From: a virus
Taxonomy: Duplodnaviria; Caudoviricetes
DNA: 64,000 nucleotides
IMG/VR virus record: IMGVR_UViG_2710264778_000001
Location: 64,001 to 128,000 of that record
Direction: 5' to 3' (one strand)
Of the stretch, positions 10,994-21,615 are shown one piece after another. Each line of letters opens with the position of its first letter. The first letter of the stretch is position 1. The notes below the pieces were generated by a model that did no database searches, had not been told where the DNA came from, and saw nothing but the letters and a program-made list of their open reading frames with translations. The position numbers and the translations under genes are program-made.

Positions 10994-11470
10994 TTAAGCT
11001 AAACAAAAAGATCCTTGACTTTTAAAAGATTTACAACCATATTTATTCTTTATATCTTCATAAGTCATATTAGATTTACGACTGCACTTTTGATCTTCAG
11101 GACGATAATACCATTTAATTTTCTTTTTTGCCCAGTGCAAACCTAATTTACTAAGTTCTTTACTTATTACTTTAGTATTACCACCAACCCATATCCAAGT
11201 ACCAATGATATCTATTTCTAATCCTTCAAATCTCATTAAACCATTTATAATATCTTTATATATATTAATGTCTTCAACCTTTTCTGATTCATTTTTAGTG
11301 CTGTTTTGAAGTTGTTTGAAAAGTAAATCATATTCATTAACCATCATTTTAAATTCTGTATCAATACCATTATTTCTATCTGGATGTAATTGAAAAGCTA
11401 ACTTTCTATAAGCCTTTTTAAGTTCTTCCATTGATTCAACATTTACAAAATATTTCATATTAACAACCAC
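10994..11470 (-). CDS. J-domain (DnaJ-like) protein
   Basis: ELKKAYRKLAFQLHPDR with the HPD motif. Confidence 0.88.
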   Translation of the reverse strand: MVVNMKYFVNVESMEELKKAYRKLAFQLHPDRNNGIDTEFKMMVNEYDLLFKQLQNSTKNESEKVEDINIYKDIINGLMRFEGLEIDIIGTWIWVGGNTKVISKELSKLGLHWAKKKIKWYYRPEDQKCSRKSNMTYEDIKNKYGCKSFKSQGSFCLA

Positions 11471-11892
11471 CTTTTAATTATTTTTAATTTGTTTTGTCCT
11501 GTTAATATTATTATATACGTCTGTATGTATATAGTCAATATATTTTATTTATATTTACACTTTTATAAATTTATTAATAATATACACTATATTTTGTCTA
11601 TGTATTAATAAAAATTAAAAAACCTCTTTTGCTGCCTAGCCTTAAACCGTTGATATTACAAGTTTATATGTATTATTAAATTGTTAATTTGTTTTATTTA
11701 CTGGAATAATTGAATAAATAATAATTAATTTAATTGAAATATATTAAAGAACTCTATTAGGTTCAATTATATTAACGTTTATAGGCTCATAGAACGGTTT
11801 TAGGTTATTTATTAATATTTATACCTTTAATTGTTTACTGGTGTAATTAAGGCTATTTTAAAGCAAAAAGAAAAGAACCTCTTTCGAGATTC

Positions 11893-12159
11893 TTAGATAC
11901 TATACTTTTTAATTATCTCTTTATATTGTTTTAATCCTTTTGCATACTCTAAAGCTTTATTAACTAACTCTTGATCTTCTGCAATTCCTAAAGTGTTTAT
12001 AAAGTTGTCGTGTCCTGTAGATGTGTCATTGATCCAGTTTATTGAGTGTTTATTATCTATTATATTAAGTTCTATAGATACTTCTATCTTTCCTTTAATT
12101 GCTGTTATAAATAGCTTTTTTTTCATCTTTCTTGCGTATGAAAATTTAAAATCTTTCAT
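11893..12159 (-). CDS. Hypothetical protein
   Basis: AAGGAGG RBS. Confidence 0.65.
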   Translation of the reverse strand: MKDFKFSYARKMKKKLFITAIKGKIEVSIELNIIDNKHSINWINDTSTGHDNFINTLGIAEDQELVNKALEYAKGLKQYKEIIKKYSI

Positions 12160-12175
12160 TTCTTATAACCTCCTT

Positions 12176-12379
12176 TTATTTGTACATTGCTAAACTCTTA
12201 TTATATATTTTATTATATCTTAAAGCTAGTTTAATTGCTATTATCATATTGTTATAAGTTGTATTATATAATTTATATGTTTCTGTTGCCCAGTCTTTAA
12301 TATCTTTTATGCTGATCTCATATACGTCATTAACTTTCATAAAATTTATTATCTCTTTTGCAATTTGTATATTTTTCAT
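12176..12379 (-). CDS. Hypothetical protein
   Basis: AAGGAG RBS; operon context. Confidence 0.6.
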   Translation of the reverse strand: MKNIQIAKEIINFMKVNDVYEISIKDIKDWATETYKLYNTTYNNMIIAIKLALRYNKIYNKSLAMYK

Positions 12380-12413
12380 GTTTTAACAACTCCTTTTATT
12401 TCATTAATTTAGT

Positions 12414-12812
12414 TTAGTTTAAGTAATAACATTCTTCCCATGTATTAAAAAATACTTCCGCTTTACTTTTTCTAAGTCTTAATTTTTGTACCAATATATT
12501 ATCTTTAACTTCTTTTATTATATACTCTTCCATTGCTGTATTATTAGATTTTCCTAAGTTGCTTAATTCTATCTCTTTTCCACTGTTTTTAAAATTTAAA
12601 CAATATGTATATTTCAATTGATTATTTTTATCTAATACTTTAATTGTAAATAAAGTAATTACTACGCTTGAAGTTCTTCTGCTTAAAAAAGATGCTTTAC
12701 CGTTAACGCTAAATACTATTGTACCGTTGTTCTTGCAGATCTTAAAATCAGTTAAGCTGCTTAATCTTTCTCTTATATCTTGTGCTTTAACTCTTACATT
12801 TTCAATTCTCAT
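12414..12812 (-). CDS. Hypothetical protein
   Basis: 132-aa ORF with upstream promoter and RBS. Confidence 0.65.
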   Translation of the reverse strand: MRIENVRVKAQDIRERLSSLTDFKICKNNGTIVFSVNGKASFLSRRTSSVVITLFTIKVLDKNNQLKYTYCLNFKNSGKEIELSNLGKSNNTAMEEYIIKEVKDNILVQKLRLRKSKAEVFFNTWEECYYLN

Positions 12813-13114
12813 AAATACTCAACCCCTTAAATATTATAGTTTTCCGTCTGTCGTTATACTAATTATAGCATATATAAAAATAGATTTCAAACAAAATATA
12901 CACAAGTTTAAAAGAATTTTGCTATATATCAGCATTTAAAATTGATATTTTAATTGGTTGTAAATTTAAATTAATTAAAAGTCATCATGCCGTTTTTCTT
13001 TTGCCCTAGTGGTTTCTTTTGTCGGCAAGGTAGTAGAGTTTTTTAGTTGAGCTTTAGCGAAACTTAAACTGTACTAGTTGGTTATACAAAAGAAAAGAAC
13101 GTCTATAAGTACAT

Positions 13115-13206
13115 GGACAAAAATTGGTGTCTAAAATGAAATAAAACATCAACTCTATTATAATAGACTGAATCATTTATCACACTTCAGACACCAAAAA
13201 ACGTCC
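13115..13206. repeat. Symmetric inverted-repeat element downstream of the SF2-like gene
   Basis: GGAC...TTGGTGTCT and AGACACCAA...GTCC arms around a central palindrome CTATTATAATAG (13155-13166). Confidence 0.6.
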
Positions 13207-13212
13207 TTATAT

Positions 13213-14883
13213 TTATTTTGTTTTTCTTTCAATAATCCAATAAGTATCTTTTTGACCATTGATTGTTAATCTCTTACTATCTATTGCAAATGGTAGATTA
13301 ATCATCTTTAAACCTTCATTAATTTTGGTATAGCTTTTCTGTTGTCTTCCATTAACCCTTACATTTATTTTATCTATTAATTCTTTTTGTTGCTTTTTAT
13401 CAAGTGGAATTGTTTCTAAATCATTCAAGTAATTATATAGTTCTTCATTCTCATTCATTTTCTTTTTACTCTCCTTTATAATGGTTTTAAAATCATCATC
13501 TTTGTGTAGTATAAAAGTTCCTTTATTATTTGTAATTACTTTGAAGTTGGCACGTTCTAAATCTTTTTTAAATGTCTGCCATGTTGCTCTATGTTTATCA
13601 TGTGGAGTCATGCCATATTTATATACTAAATAATCCTTATCTTCTTTAGTTAGTTTAATATTTATATATTTATCCTCTATGAATTGTGCTATTAATGGAA
13701 TACCATAATATATGCCTGTTGGATGTTCGTTTTTATATTGATCATAATCTATTAGTTGTCCATCAGAGTCAATTGGTTCTTTTGTTAATAACATTTTAAT
13801 ATCATGTCTTACTCTATTTCTAGCTTGTACTTGAGTATCATATTTAGTTGTATCTATTAATACCCATTGCACTTTATTATCATATAAATTCCAACCAGTT
13901 TCATATGCTCCATTGATTATTAATATATCTAAAGTTTCAGGATATTGTCCATTATTTAATAAATATTCTCTTAATTCCAATTGGTTTTTATTCATTAAAC
14001 TTTCATTATTTATTCTATTGTTTGGACTGCATAACCATTCAACGTTATAACCATAACTAGATAGTAATTGTTTATACTTTTTAGCAACGGTCATTGTATT
14101 AGTGTATATCAACACTTTGTAATCTTTATCTTTTATCCATTTATAATTTATTCCTATTACTTTTATATAGTTAATTGAATTTTTACATATTCCATGATGT
14201 TCGTCTATATATCTTCTTATTCTCTTTAATTCGTTAGTATGAAATATAGTTCTATACATTATTGGATATTGTTGTAATGGATAATACATATTAGAAGGTG
14301 TTGCAGTCAAAGCTAATATTAATAGATTATTTTCGTTTAACATTGTTGGTAAGTACTCCAATATTATACTATAAGTTTTATTTGTTTCAGTATCAAATTT
14401 ATAAGCATATTTAATTAAGTTATGTATTTCATCCATTATGATACAGTTATAGTATTTAAATAATATTATTCTACTTGCTTTATTTTGTAATAGAAATCCT
14501 AATGTACTGTATGTAATTACTTTTATATAACCTATATCACCATCAAGTACGCTTTCTAATGTCTTATCCTTCATAGCCTGTTTAAGATCATTCTTTTCTA
14601 ATACCTTTGTTATTCCGTCAGTTTCTTTTAATATACTTGATTTTAACATTGTAGTATCACAGACATATAAAACTCTATCAAGATTATCAATATAATTATA
14701 AGATAATCCATTTACATATTGTTTTGAGTCTCTTAAAAATTCATTAAATATAAATGTACTCTTTCCACTTCCTGCATAGGCATTCATTATATTTAATACG
14801 CTTCTATCTAATTTCTTGTTAAATTCTTTCATAGCTTCATTAAGCCATAGTTTATTATTGTTATCTTCCATATTTATTATCAC
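13213..14883 (-). CDS. Divergent SF2 helicase-like protein (possible origin-binding/replication protein)
   Basis: AYAGSGKS, DEIH, LTAT, ETGWN and QARNRVR motifs. Confidence 0.8.
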   Translation of the reverse strand: MIINMEDNNNKLWLNEAMKEFNKKLDRSVLNIMNAYAGSGKSTFIFNEFLRDSKQYVNGLSYNYIDNLDRVLYVCDTTMLKSSILKETDGITKVLEKNDLKQAMKDKTLESVLDGDIGYIKVITYSTLGFLLQNKASRIILFKYYNCIIMDEIHNLIKYAYKFDTETNKTYSIILEYLPTMLNENNLLILALTATPSNMYYPLQQYPIMYRTIFHTNELKRIRRYIDEHHGICKNSINYIKVIGINYKWIKDKDYKVLIYTNTMTVAKKYKQLLSSYGYNVEWLCSPNNRINNESLMNKNQLELREYLLNNGQYPETLDILIINGAYETGWNLYDNKVQWVLIDTTKYDTQVQARNRVRHDIKMLLTKEPIDSDGQLIDYDQYKNEHPTGIYYGIPLIAQFIEDKYINIKLTKEDKDYLVYKYGMTPHDKHRATWQTFKKDLERANFKVITNNKGTFILHKDDDFKTIIKESKKKMNENEELYNYLNDLETIPLDKKQQKELIDKINVRVNGRQQKSYTKINEGLKMINLPFAIDSKRLTINGQKDTYWIIERKTK

Positions 14884-14905
14884 TAATCCTTTCTAATTTA
14901 AATCA

Positions 14906-15076
14906 CTAATTCAATTCATGTTTACACCATTTGTCAAAGAATGGTTTACTTGCCTGTTTATCAAATACAAATACCCAAGTATCAAACCCCCAAAAGACTT
15001 CTATTGGCTTTAATCCATGTTTGACATACATCTTAGCTTGTAGTTCATTAACTATCTTTACAGTATTATGGTTCAT
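14906..15076 (-). CDS. Small phage protein (56 aa, not in the ORF track)
   Basis: MNHNTVKIVNELQAKMYVKHGLKPIEVFWGFDTWVFVFDKQASKPFFDKWCKHELN with AAGGAAGTGA RBS and an upstream TTGACA-17-TATAAT promoter. Confidence 0.7.
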   Translation of the reverse strand: MNHNTVKIVNELQAKMYVKHGLKPIEVFWGFDTWVFVFDKQASKPFFDKWCKHELN

Positions 15077-15444
15077 TATCTCACTTCCTTTTATATTATA
15101 TTTTGTTTATGTATAATTCTAGTAATATCTATCTGTCAATCCTTATTATACTCTCATTGTTATAGTCTGTCAATTATTTATAATTTATCTTCATTAATAT
15201 ATAAGTATATTCAATTAGTATTGATATATTATATTGTATGGTCATTATTAGTCTTATACAATAGATTCATATTCATAGGTGTAATATGTTTAGTAAGTCT
15301 GTTATAATTGATTATAAGTCATGTATGAGAGTTGATTTATTTGTAGTTTATATCGTTTAATAGTAATGTTTATTACATGTAGTTATTAATACTATGTGAT
15401 AGTATATTTATATGTGTTTATTTAGTTGTTACTATTATAATATA

Positions 15445-15584
15445 TGTGTATAAGTATGTTTATTATGTGGATAACTTATTATAATTTGTTTGTGTTAAGT
15501 TGTTATATGTAGCGTTTATAATGGTTTAAGGTTATTTAATTGGGTTGTTAACTGTGGATAAGTCTGTGTATAACTTGTAGATAA
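15445..15584. promoter_or_regulatory. DnaA-box cluster
   Basis: TGTGNATAA (reverse complement of TTATNCACA) at 15445, 15466, 15553 and 15565; one-mismatch box at 15576. Confidence 0.7.
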
Positions 15585-16784
15585 GATGTTAATAGATTGT
15601 GATTAACTTATACTTTTATCCATTGTGGTTATATCTTTAAGTTGTAGTATGGTTGTTTAGTTGTATGCTGTCTAACGTCTTAGTAGTTGTATTACAACTT
15701 ATACTTATAGAGTTTAATATCTTCATTCACCATTGTTATTAATTGTAAGCTTATTACTATTTGTTAGTTGGTTACTTTTAGTAAGTAGATGTCTTTGTAA
15801 GGTAAACTCAACTTGCACACGAAGGTTTTGGTACTATAAACTTTTAATATTCGTATTTTCATTTCTTTAAAAAATTGATCTTGAAAATCTCACCAGATAA
15901 AACTGCTGACATATCTATATACTTTTTATCAATTCTTTTTAATTTATCTAGTACAAGTTATTTCGTTAAATAGAGATTTAGCGAAATTGACATAAAAGCG
16001 CATGGTTGAGCCATTCTTTGCGGTGGTGTTGTATATGGTTTAATTTAGGTATAGATAGGGGGCTAAAATACATTATTATGTTCAATATCTGAACGCTATT
16101 GAGGCCTATCACATCATGAAACCTATAGGGATAGTAGGTTAACGATTAACCCAAAACACGAACATTAAAGCCTAACCCTATTCGTAAAAGCTTTCGCAAA
16201 CACTAGTCATACCAACGCTTCACAAAATATTAACATCATAAAATCATCCTATTTTAAACATAAAAACCTACTCAACCCTAGTAAACAAGCCATATTGAAC
16301 GATATACATATAACTATACAATCAAATCACTATCGCTCTACCCTATCTAAAATAACTCTAAACCATTGAAAACACTAGCTTTATACATATTTCAATAACT
16401 ACCAAAATAACTAATCACGAAACATAGTTCTCGTTAATAAAAAAATATAATCCAACCCACCAAAATTTATAATCAATTTTAACCTATCTAACAGACTCTA
16501 TATTAAATAAAATTTTCACTCAATAACTATTACCTAAATTTAATTACACCCACTTTAAATCGTCTAATAAAAGCTGTCCTATTTCACTATCAATACAAAA
16601 AAACAAGACCATTGAAAATAAATCCAATAGTCTCAATATATAATAATAAAGATTAAATAATATTAAAATACACTTACACGTTTAATTATATCCAATCGTC
16701 CCAAACATTGCTACAAGTATGTTTTTGAATAAATAACGGTATCTGACAAGGAGGGGCATAATTTACAAATTTAACTTTTATGGT

Positions 16785-17081
16785 CTATACATTACTTATA
16801 GTTGTATTATTTAATTTGAATAAATCAACGCAACTATCTAAACCATAGTTATAAGCATTAATGCAATCTAGATTATAATTCAAATACATTTCAGATGATA
16901 AATAACCAATAAATAAAATAGCTAAGGCATAAATATATTTTCTATGGTTGATCAAGTAACTCATTGATTTGTTTTTATTTAATCCTATGTTTTGTAATTT
17001 AATATCTATTAAAGTTATTTGGCTGTTAGAATATTTTTTATATTGACTTATTGACATTACAGTTTTCATTCTACATTTCAC
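16785..17081 (-). CDS. Hypothetical membrane protein
   Basis: One hydrophobic segment; RBS. Confidence 0.5.
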   Translation of the reverse strand: MKCRMKTVMSISQYKKYSNSQITLIDIKLQNIGLNKNKSMSYLINHRKYIYALAILFIGYLSSEMYLNYNLDCINAYNYGLDSCVDLFKLNNTTISNV

Positions 17082-17093
17082 TCCTATTAATAA

Positions 17094-17375
17094 TTACATT
17101 AAATTTTTATCTACTATATTTTCAATTTTATTTAATTTATCTACAATAGTTAACTTTGTATTAGTGGCACTATATAAACCTATTAATATAATAAAAACTG
17201 CCATACTAGAAATTCCACAAAACAACTCTATAAAATCAAATTTAAAACTCAATGTAGCTATATTAAATGCTCTTTTAAAAACTACACTTGTAAAAATTCC
17301 ATCAACCAATAAAAGTTTTGTCATGTTATTTTTATCTTTTACTAATTCCTTTTTAGTATTATCAAAAATATTCAT
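17094..17375 (-). CDS. Hypothetical membrane protein
   Basis: Two hydrophobic segments; GGGAG RBS. Confidence 0.55.
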   Translation of the reverse strand: MNIFDNTKKELVKDKNNMTKLLLVDGIFTSVVFKRAFNIATLSFKFDFIELFCGISSMAVFIILIGLYSATNTKLTIVDKLNKIENIVDKNLM

Positions 17376-17461
17376 TATAAAATCTCCCTTATTTATTATT
17401 TAAGTATTTAAATAAAGTATTAAATACCATATTATTCACTAATATAATAAGTTATTAAAAA

Positions 17462-17719
17462 CTACTTATCTGCTTTTTTATTAGTTCTAACCAACTCTAC
17501 TTTCTTTTTGGTCTTATTTAAAATAGTATATTCTTCATCAAGAATAACAACTTTATCGTAATTCCCGTAAACATACCATTTAAAAAACAACATTTTAATT
17601 ATCTCATCTTTATTCAGCTTGTTTAAAGTATTTATGTCTATATTTTTAATTGTCAGATCTATTTCATTATCTATGATAAAATTTGCATTAACTATTAATT
17701 TAACTTCATCATCTTCCAT
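17462..17719 (-). CDS. Hypothetical protein
   Basis: GAGG RBS. Confidence 0.55.
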   Translation of the reverse strand: MEDDEVKLIVNANFIIDNEIDLTIKNIDINTLNKLNKDEIIKMLFFKWYVYGNYDKVVILDEEYTILNKTKKKVELVRTNKKADK

Positions 17720-18287
17720 AAAACCTACCTCACTAAATTTATCTTTAATATACTATATGCACCATTCAAAAATAATTTACTATTTTCGTATAAAATATTT
17801 GATAAATGTTAATACTATCAATGTATACAAATCTAAAACTTAATTTAGGCATATCTTAGACTTTAATTCAACTTAGTACACTTCGTTTTGTTTTCGTTGT
17901 ATTTATTACTCTCTATTCCTCCCCTCTATTGCTTTTTATTTCTTATTGAAAAATTTTCACCCCATTTTTACTATGTTTATAACCTATTCTTGTATAGGAA
18001 TCCTGTATTAAAATAAAACCAAAAATAATACAATCAAACATACCAAATAAAAATACATATAATAAATACTTATAGAACAACATAAATAAAACTCTTAATA
18101 ATACTATATAAATGGATCAATTAACAATACAATTTAAAGTACAACAAAAAAGACTAGATATAATACTAATATACCTAATCTTTAACTAACTATGTAAAAG
18201 TATATATGTAAGTGAGAATGAATTTATAAGCTAGTGCTTTCGCAGAAAATCAAATATAAATCTCTCACTTACAATTAAGCAATAAGG

Positions 18288-18887
18288 CTAACCAACATCT
18301 GGAAAATTCAAATTATTGCTTATGAATTGGGCTAAATAAATATAATCATCTTTAGTCAATACAGAACTTTTACTTAGAGTATATATGCAATGTAAATCAT
18401 TTTCAAATTTAAAATCTTTATACACTTCAATATGTGTACCTAATTTATAGATCAATTCTGATTTTAATTTTAAAATACATTCTCTACTCATAAGTTTACT
18501 TTTCATACTTGCCTTAAGTATATTATTGAATTCTTCATAACCCTCAGTTGTCACTATCTTAAGTTTATGTTTATTTGGTTCTGTATTAGATTTTGAAGTT
18601 GGTTTTATACTTTTAACACCTACAGATACTTTTTTGCTTTCAAAATCCTTTTCTGGATGTTTTCCACAACTTATAATAAAGTTCATCATAAAACTAATTG
18701 TGATAGGTATTAAAGGAAATAGAAACATTACTCCAATTATTAATACAAAGAATCTTTCTATAACAGTATCCATAGCCTTATACAAACCTAATATTATAAG
18801 AATTGCAGTTGTAAAAACACAACTTAATATTATAGCCTGTTTGAGACTCTTTTCAAATGTAGTTTGTTTTCCTTTTCTATTTTGCAT
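18288..18887 (-). CDS. Membrane protein with two N-terminal TM helices
   Basis: Hydrophobic N-terminus; AAGGAGG RBS. Confidence 0.7.
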   Translation of the reverse strand: MQNRKGKQTTFEKSLKQAIILSCVFTTAILIILGLYKAMDTVIERFFVLIIGVMFLFPLIPITISFMMNFIISCGKHPEKDFESKKVSVGVKSIKPTSKSNTEPNKHKLKIVTTEGYEEFNNILKASMKSKLMSRECILKLKSELIYKLGTHIEVYKDFKFENDLHCIYTLSKSSVLTKDDYIYLAQFISNNLNFPDVG

Positions 18888-18975
18888 AATTATGTCCTCC
18901 TTAGTAAATATGAATTCATATATTAAATATATGTACTAAGGGGCTATGCTTTTACATTTTAACCCCTATACTAGA

Positions 18976-19596
18976 TCATGGTAATATTACCTTTTGTAAT
19001 AAATCAGTAAAATTATAATCTAATCCTATGATTTTATATTCATCTCTATTACTTTCAACACACTTACCACTATAATTTATAATAATTATATCAGGGAAAT
19101 GATTTTCAAGACCTTCACGCTCTCTATACCATTCTTGTACATAGCCACTATCATAAATCTCGTTATATTTTTCAACTGGATTAGTTTTATGAAATTTATC
19201 GTACTCTATTAAATAAGATTTAAATGAATCTTGTCCATCAATAATATTGTTAAATATTATATGAGCATCACTTCGTCTACTTCCCCAACTCTCTTCCAGC
19301 TTGAAATACTCTATTTCTGTTACCTGATTAAATATTTCAGCATAAAAGTTTAATAAATAATATTTGTGATCTGATACTGTACTCTTTTTAAACTGATATA
19401 TTAACTCCCTACCATATTTATCTTTATTAGCAACTATATCTTTGTTATTTGCTAGTTTCCTTAAGGTTTTACGTGCCATTTCTAACTGACATTTACTATT
19501 CTTAAAGAATACATATGCACATATTCTAGATGTTATAAAACCATATTCATCAATAAAATTTAAAATATTTCTAATTTTAGGTGTATATCTAATCAT
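18976..19596 (-). CDS. Replication-relaxation family protein (wHTH + PD-(D/E)XK)
   Basis: N-terminal wHTH and RSDAHI...YLIEYD; translationally coupled to the FtsK gene. Confidence 0.7.
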   Translation of the reverse strand: MIRYTPKIRNILNFIDEYGFITSRICAYVFFKNSKCQLEMARKTLRKLANNKDIVANKDKYGRELIYQFKKSTVSDHKYYLLNFYAEIFNQVTEIEYFKLEESWGSRRSDAHIIFNNIIDGQDSFKSYLIEYDKFHKTNPVEKYNEIYDSGYVQEWYREREGLENHFPDIIIINYSGKCVESNRDEYKIIGLDYNFTDLLQKVILP

Positions 19597-21260
19597 AAAT
19601 TTCTTCCTTTCTGATATTTAGCCCATCTAGACTCTTTTTTAACTTCAATTTTTTTAGTAAAATCAATAGTTTTTGATACATTTTCTTCATTTTTTATAGT
19701 ATTTTCGGTAATTTCTTGTGATTCTTCTTTAATTTCTTCAACATTAGAAATTTCCTTTGTTATATGTCCATTACTATCCAAATGAAGTCTTTTATGATTT
19801 TTATCAATTTTATCTTTTAATATTTCTTCAACCATTTCATTAGTTAGATACAAGGTTTTAACTAGTTCATATCCTTTATCATATCTAACAATAGCTTCAC
19901 GCTTTTGTTGCAAATTACATAGGCTTTCATCATCCATTGCAACTAAACTACTTGCTGTATTAGGCTGATAAAATCCAATAACCGTACCAATTTGAGCTTT
20001 AATAGTTGGATTAAAAGAATCTTTGTCTGGTCTTTGTAAACAAAATAGAATATTTATTCCAGATGAAGCCGATTCAGTTATTAATGTTTTGAATAAATCT
20101 ATACATTTTTGTTTGTTTTTCTTTAAATTCTTTTCATCACTTGCTAATGGCATATATAAAGTCATTTCATCAAATGACGCTAATAAAATTGGCATTTTTT
20201 TATTAGGATAAAATCTGTTCCATTCATATACTGAACCACAAAATTTATCACTTGATTCAAATATCTTATTTCTTCTTTTCATTTCATTATGAAGATATTT
20301 TAATAGTCTAAGTGTGTCATCTATATTCTCAGCATAATAATCACATTGTTCTACATTTTTAAATATTCTAAGATCTTTTTTCGCTGAAATCATACTGCAA
20401 AAGATTCTTATATCTTTTCTAGAGAATTGATAACACAAGTTAGTTAATCCAGTTACAACTGCTACTGTTTTACCTGTTTGTGTCTTTCCTGTATATAATA
20501 AATGAGGATTCTTACTAAGATCAGATATTATTGGCTCAAAACTATAGTTAACAGCCAAGAAGAACTCCCAAGGATTTTTTAACTTTATAGGTCTGAATTT
20601 TTCATTATCAGGCATAAGTTTAAATATAATATCAGTTTCAACTAATTGTTTAACTTTATCTAATTTGATTAAACATCTTCCAGTTTGATGTGAAATTGTT
20701 TCTTCCAATCCCTTTATTGTTTTAAAATCCAATCCTTCAGGAATACTTACATCAAGCTTATAACCTATAGTTTCTTTTTCATTAGAATTCTTGTTTATTA
20801 TATCCTTTATATTTTTTATTTTATAAGTTTCACCATTAAAGTTTCTATACTTTTCATCTTGTAAAATTTTATACCATTTGAATTTCAAATTATCCTTATC
20901 GCTTATATCAATCTTATCTAAATGAACTCTCATATAAAAGCTTGATTTAGTAGAAGCATATTCTGCTATTACTTCTGCTCTATATATTATTGCAATCGCT
21001 GGTAACAATTTTCTAAAATCATTTAAACTCTTACCATAAGGAGGAACAACTATAGCATCAAATCCATAGTGTTTTATAATTATTTTTTCTATAACAAAAT
21101 AGTGAGCTTTTTTATTAAAATCACTAGAACCAGTCTTACTAGGATCTTTAGTAACATCAACATTATTAACTCTTTCCATTAATATTTTCCATTTATTTTT
21201 TATACATTTCTTAATTTCATATTCTTTATACCAATTACACAAATCTTTACTTAATTCCAT
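19593..21260 (-). CDS. FtsK/SpoIIIE-family ATPase
   Basis: PHLLYTGKTQTGKT Walker A; EMKRR; ASFDE Walker B; LQRPD. Confidence 0.88.
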   Translation of the reverse strand: MELSKDLCNWYKEYEIKKCIKNKWKILMERVNNVDVTKDPSKTGSSDFNKKAHYFVIEKIIIKHYGFDAIVVPPYGKSLNDFRKLLPAIAIIYRAEVIAEYASTKSSFYMRVHLDKIDISDKDNLKFKWYKILQDEKYRNFNGETYKIKNIKDIINKNSNEKETIGYKLDVSIPEGLDFKTIKGLEETISHQTGRCLIKLDKVKQLVETDIIFKLMPDNEKFRPIKLKNPWEFFLAVNYSFEPIISDLSKNPHLLYTGKTQTGKTVAVVTGLTNLCYQFSRKDIRIFCSMISAKKDLRIFKNVEQCDYYAENIDDTLRLLKYLHNEMKRRNKIFESSDKFCGSVYEWNRFYPNKKMPILLASFDEMTLYMPLASDEKNLKKNKQKCIDLFKTLITESASSGINILFCLQRPDKDSFNPTIKAQIGTVIGFYQPNTASSLVAMDDESLCNLQQKREAIVRYDKGYELVKTLYLTNEMVEEILKDKIDKNHKRLHLDSNGHITKEISNVEEIKEESQEITENTIKNEENVSKTIDFTKKIEVKKESRWAKYQKGRNL

Positions 21261-21537
21261 TGCTATCTTTCTCCTTATTGTATTCTTTAATTAATTCAAC
21301 TAATTCTGTATCATCAGCAATAGTCCCACCCCTATTAGTTAATTTAAATATCTTTATAAACAATGGTAAAAATATAAGTATTGAACCTTCTATTACTAAC
21401 CAATAAGGCATTATAGGAATACCACCTGAACAAAACATTCTATTTGTTTTAAATAATTCATAAAATCTACTACCAACCATAATTGATTCTGAACCAGCTA
21501 ATGTTAATAATCCACCATATAATACTTTCTTAATCAT
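21247..21537 (-). CDS. Small membrane protein heading the FtsK operon
   Basis: Two hydrophobic segments; overlaps the FtsK start. Confidence 0.65.
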   Translation of the reverse strand: MIKKVLYGGLLTLAGSESIMVGSRFYELFKTNRMFCSGGIPIMPYWLVIEGSILIFLPLFIKIFKLTNRGGTIADDTELVELIKEYNKEKDSNGIK

Positions 21538-21615
21538 GTATAAACTCCTTATTGTTTGTTTATAATATATGTATATTCAACTATTTTTAAAATGTGCATA
21601 TAAGGAGGTATTTTT

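Larger units (their letters stand above)
10164..11530. promoter_or_regulatory. Three copies of an operator-like TCTGTAYGTAT in the spacers of leftward sigmaA-type promoters
   Basis: Copies at 10164-10174, 10476-10486 and 11520-11530, each between a TTGACT/TTTACA-like -35 and a TATAAT/TATACT -10 on the minus strand. Confidence 0.65.

Noticed and set aside
15068-15307. 79-aa plus-strand ORF
   Set aside because: Low-complexity translation across a minus-strand promoter region, with no RBS
15100-16780. Protelomerase telRL or dif site
   Set aside because: No long perfect palindrome or convincing XerC/XerD consensus was found, and no such recombinase gene is in the window
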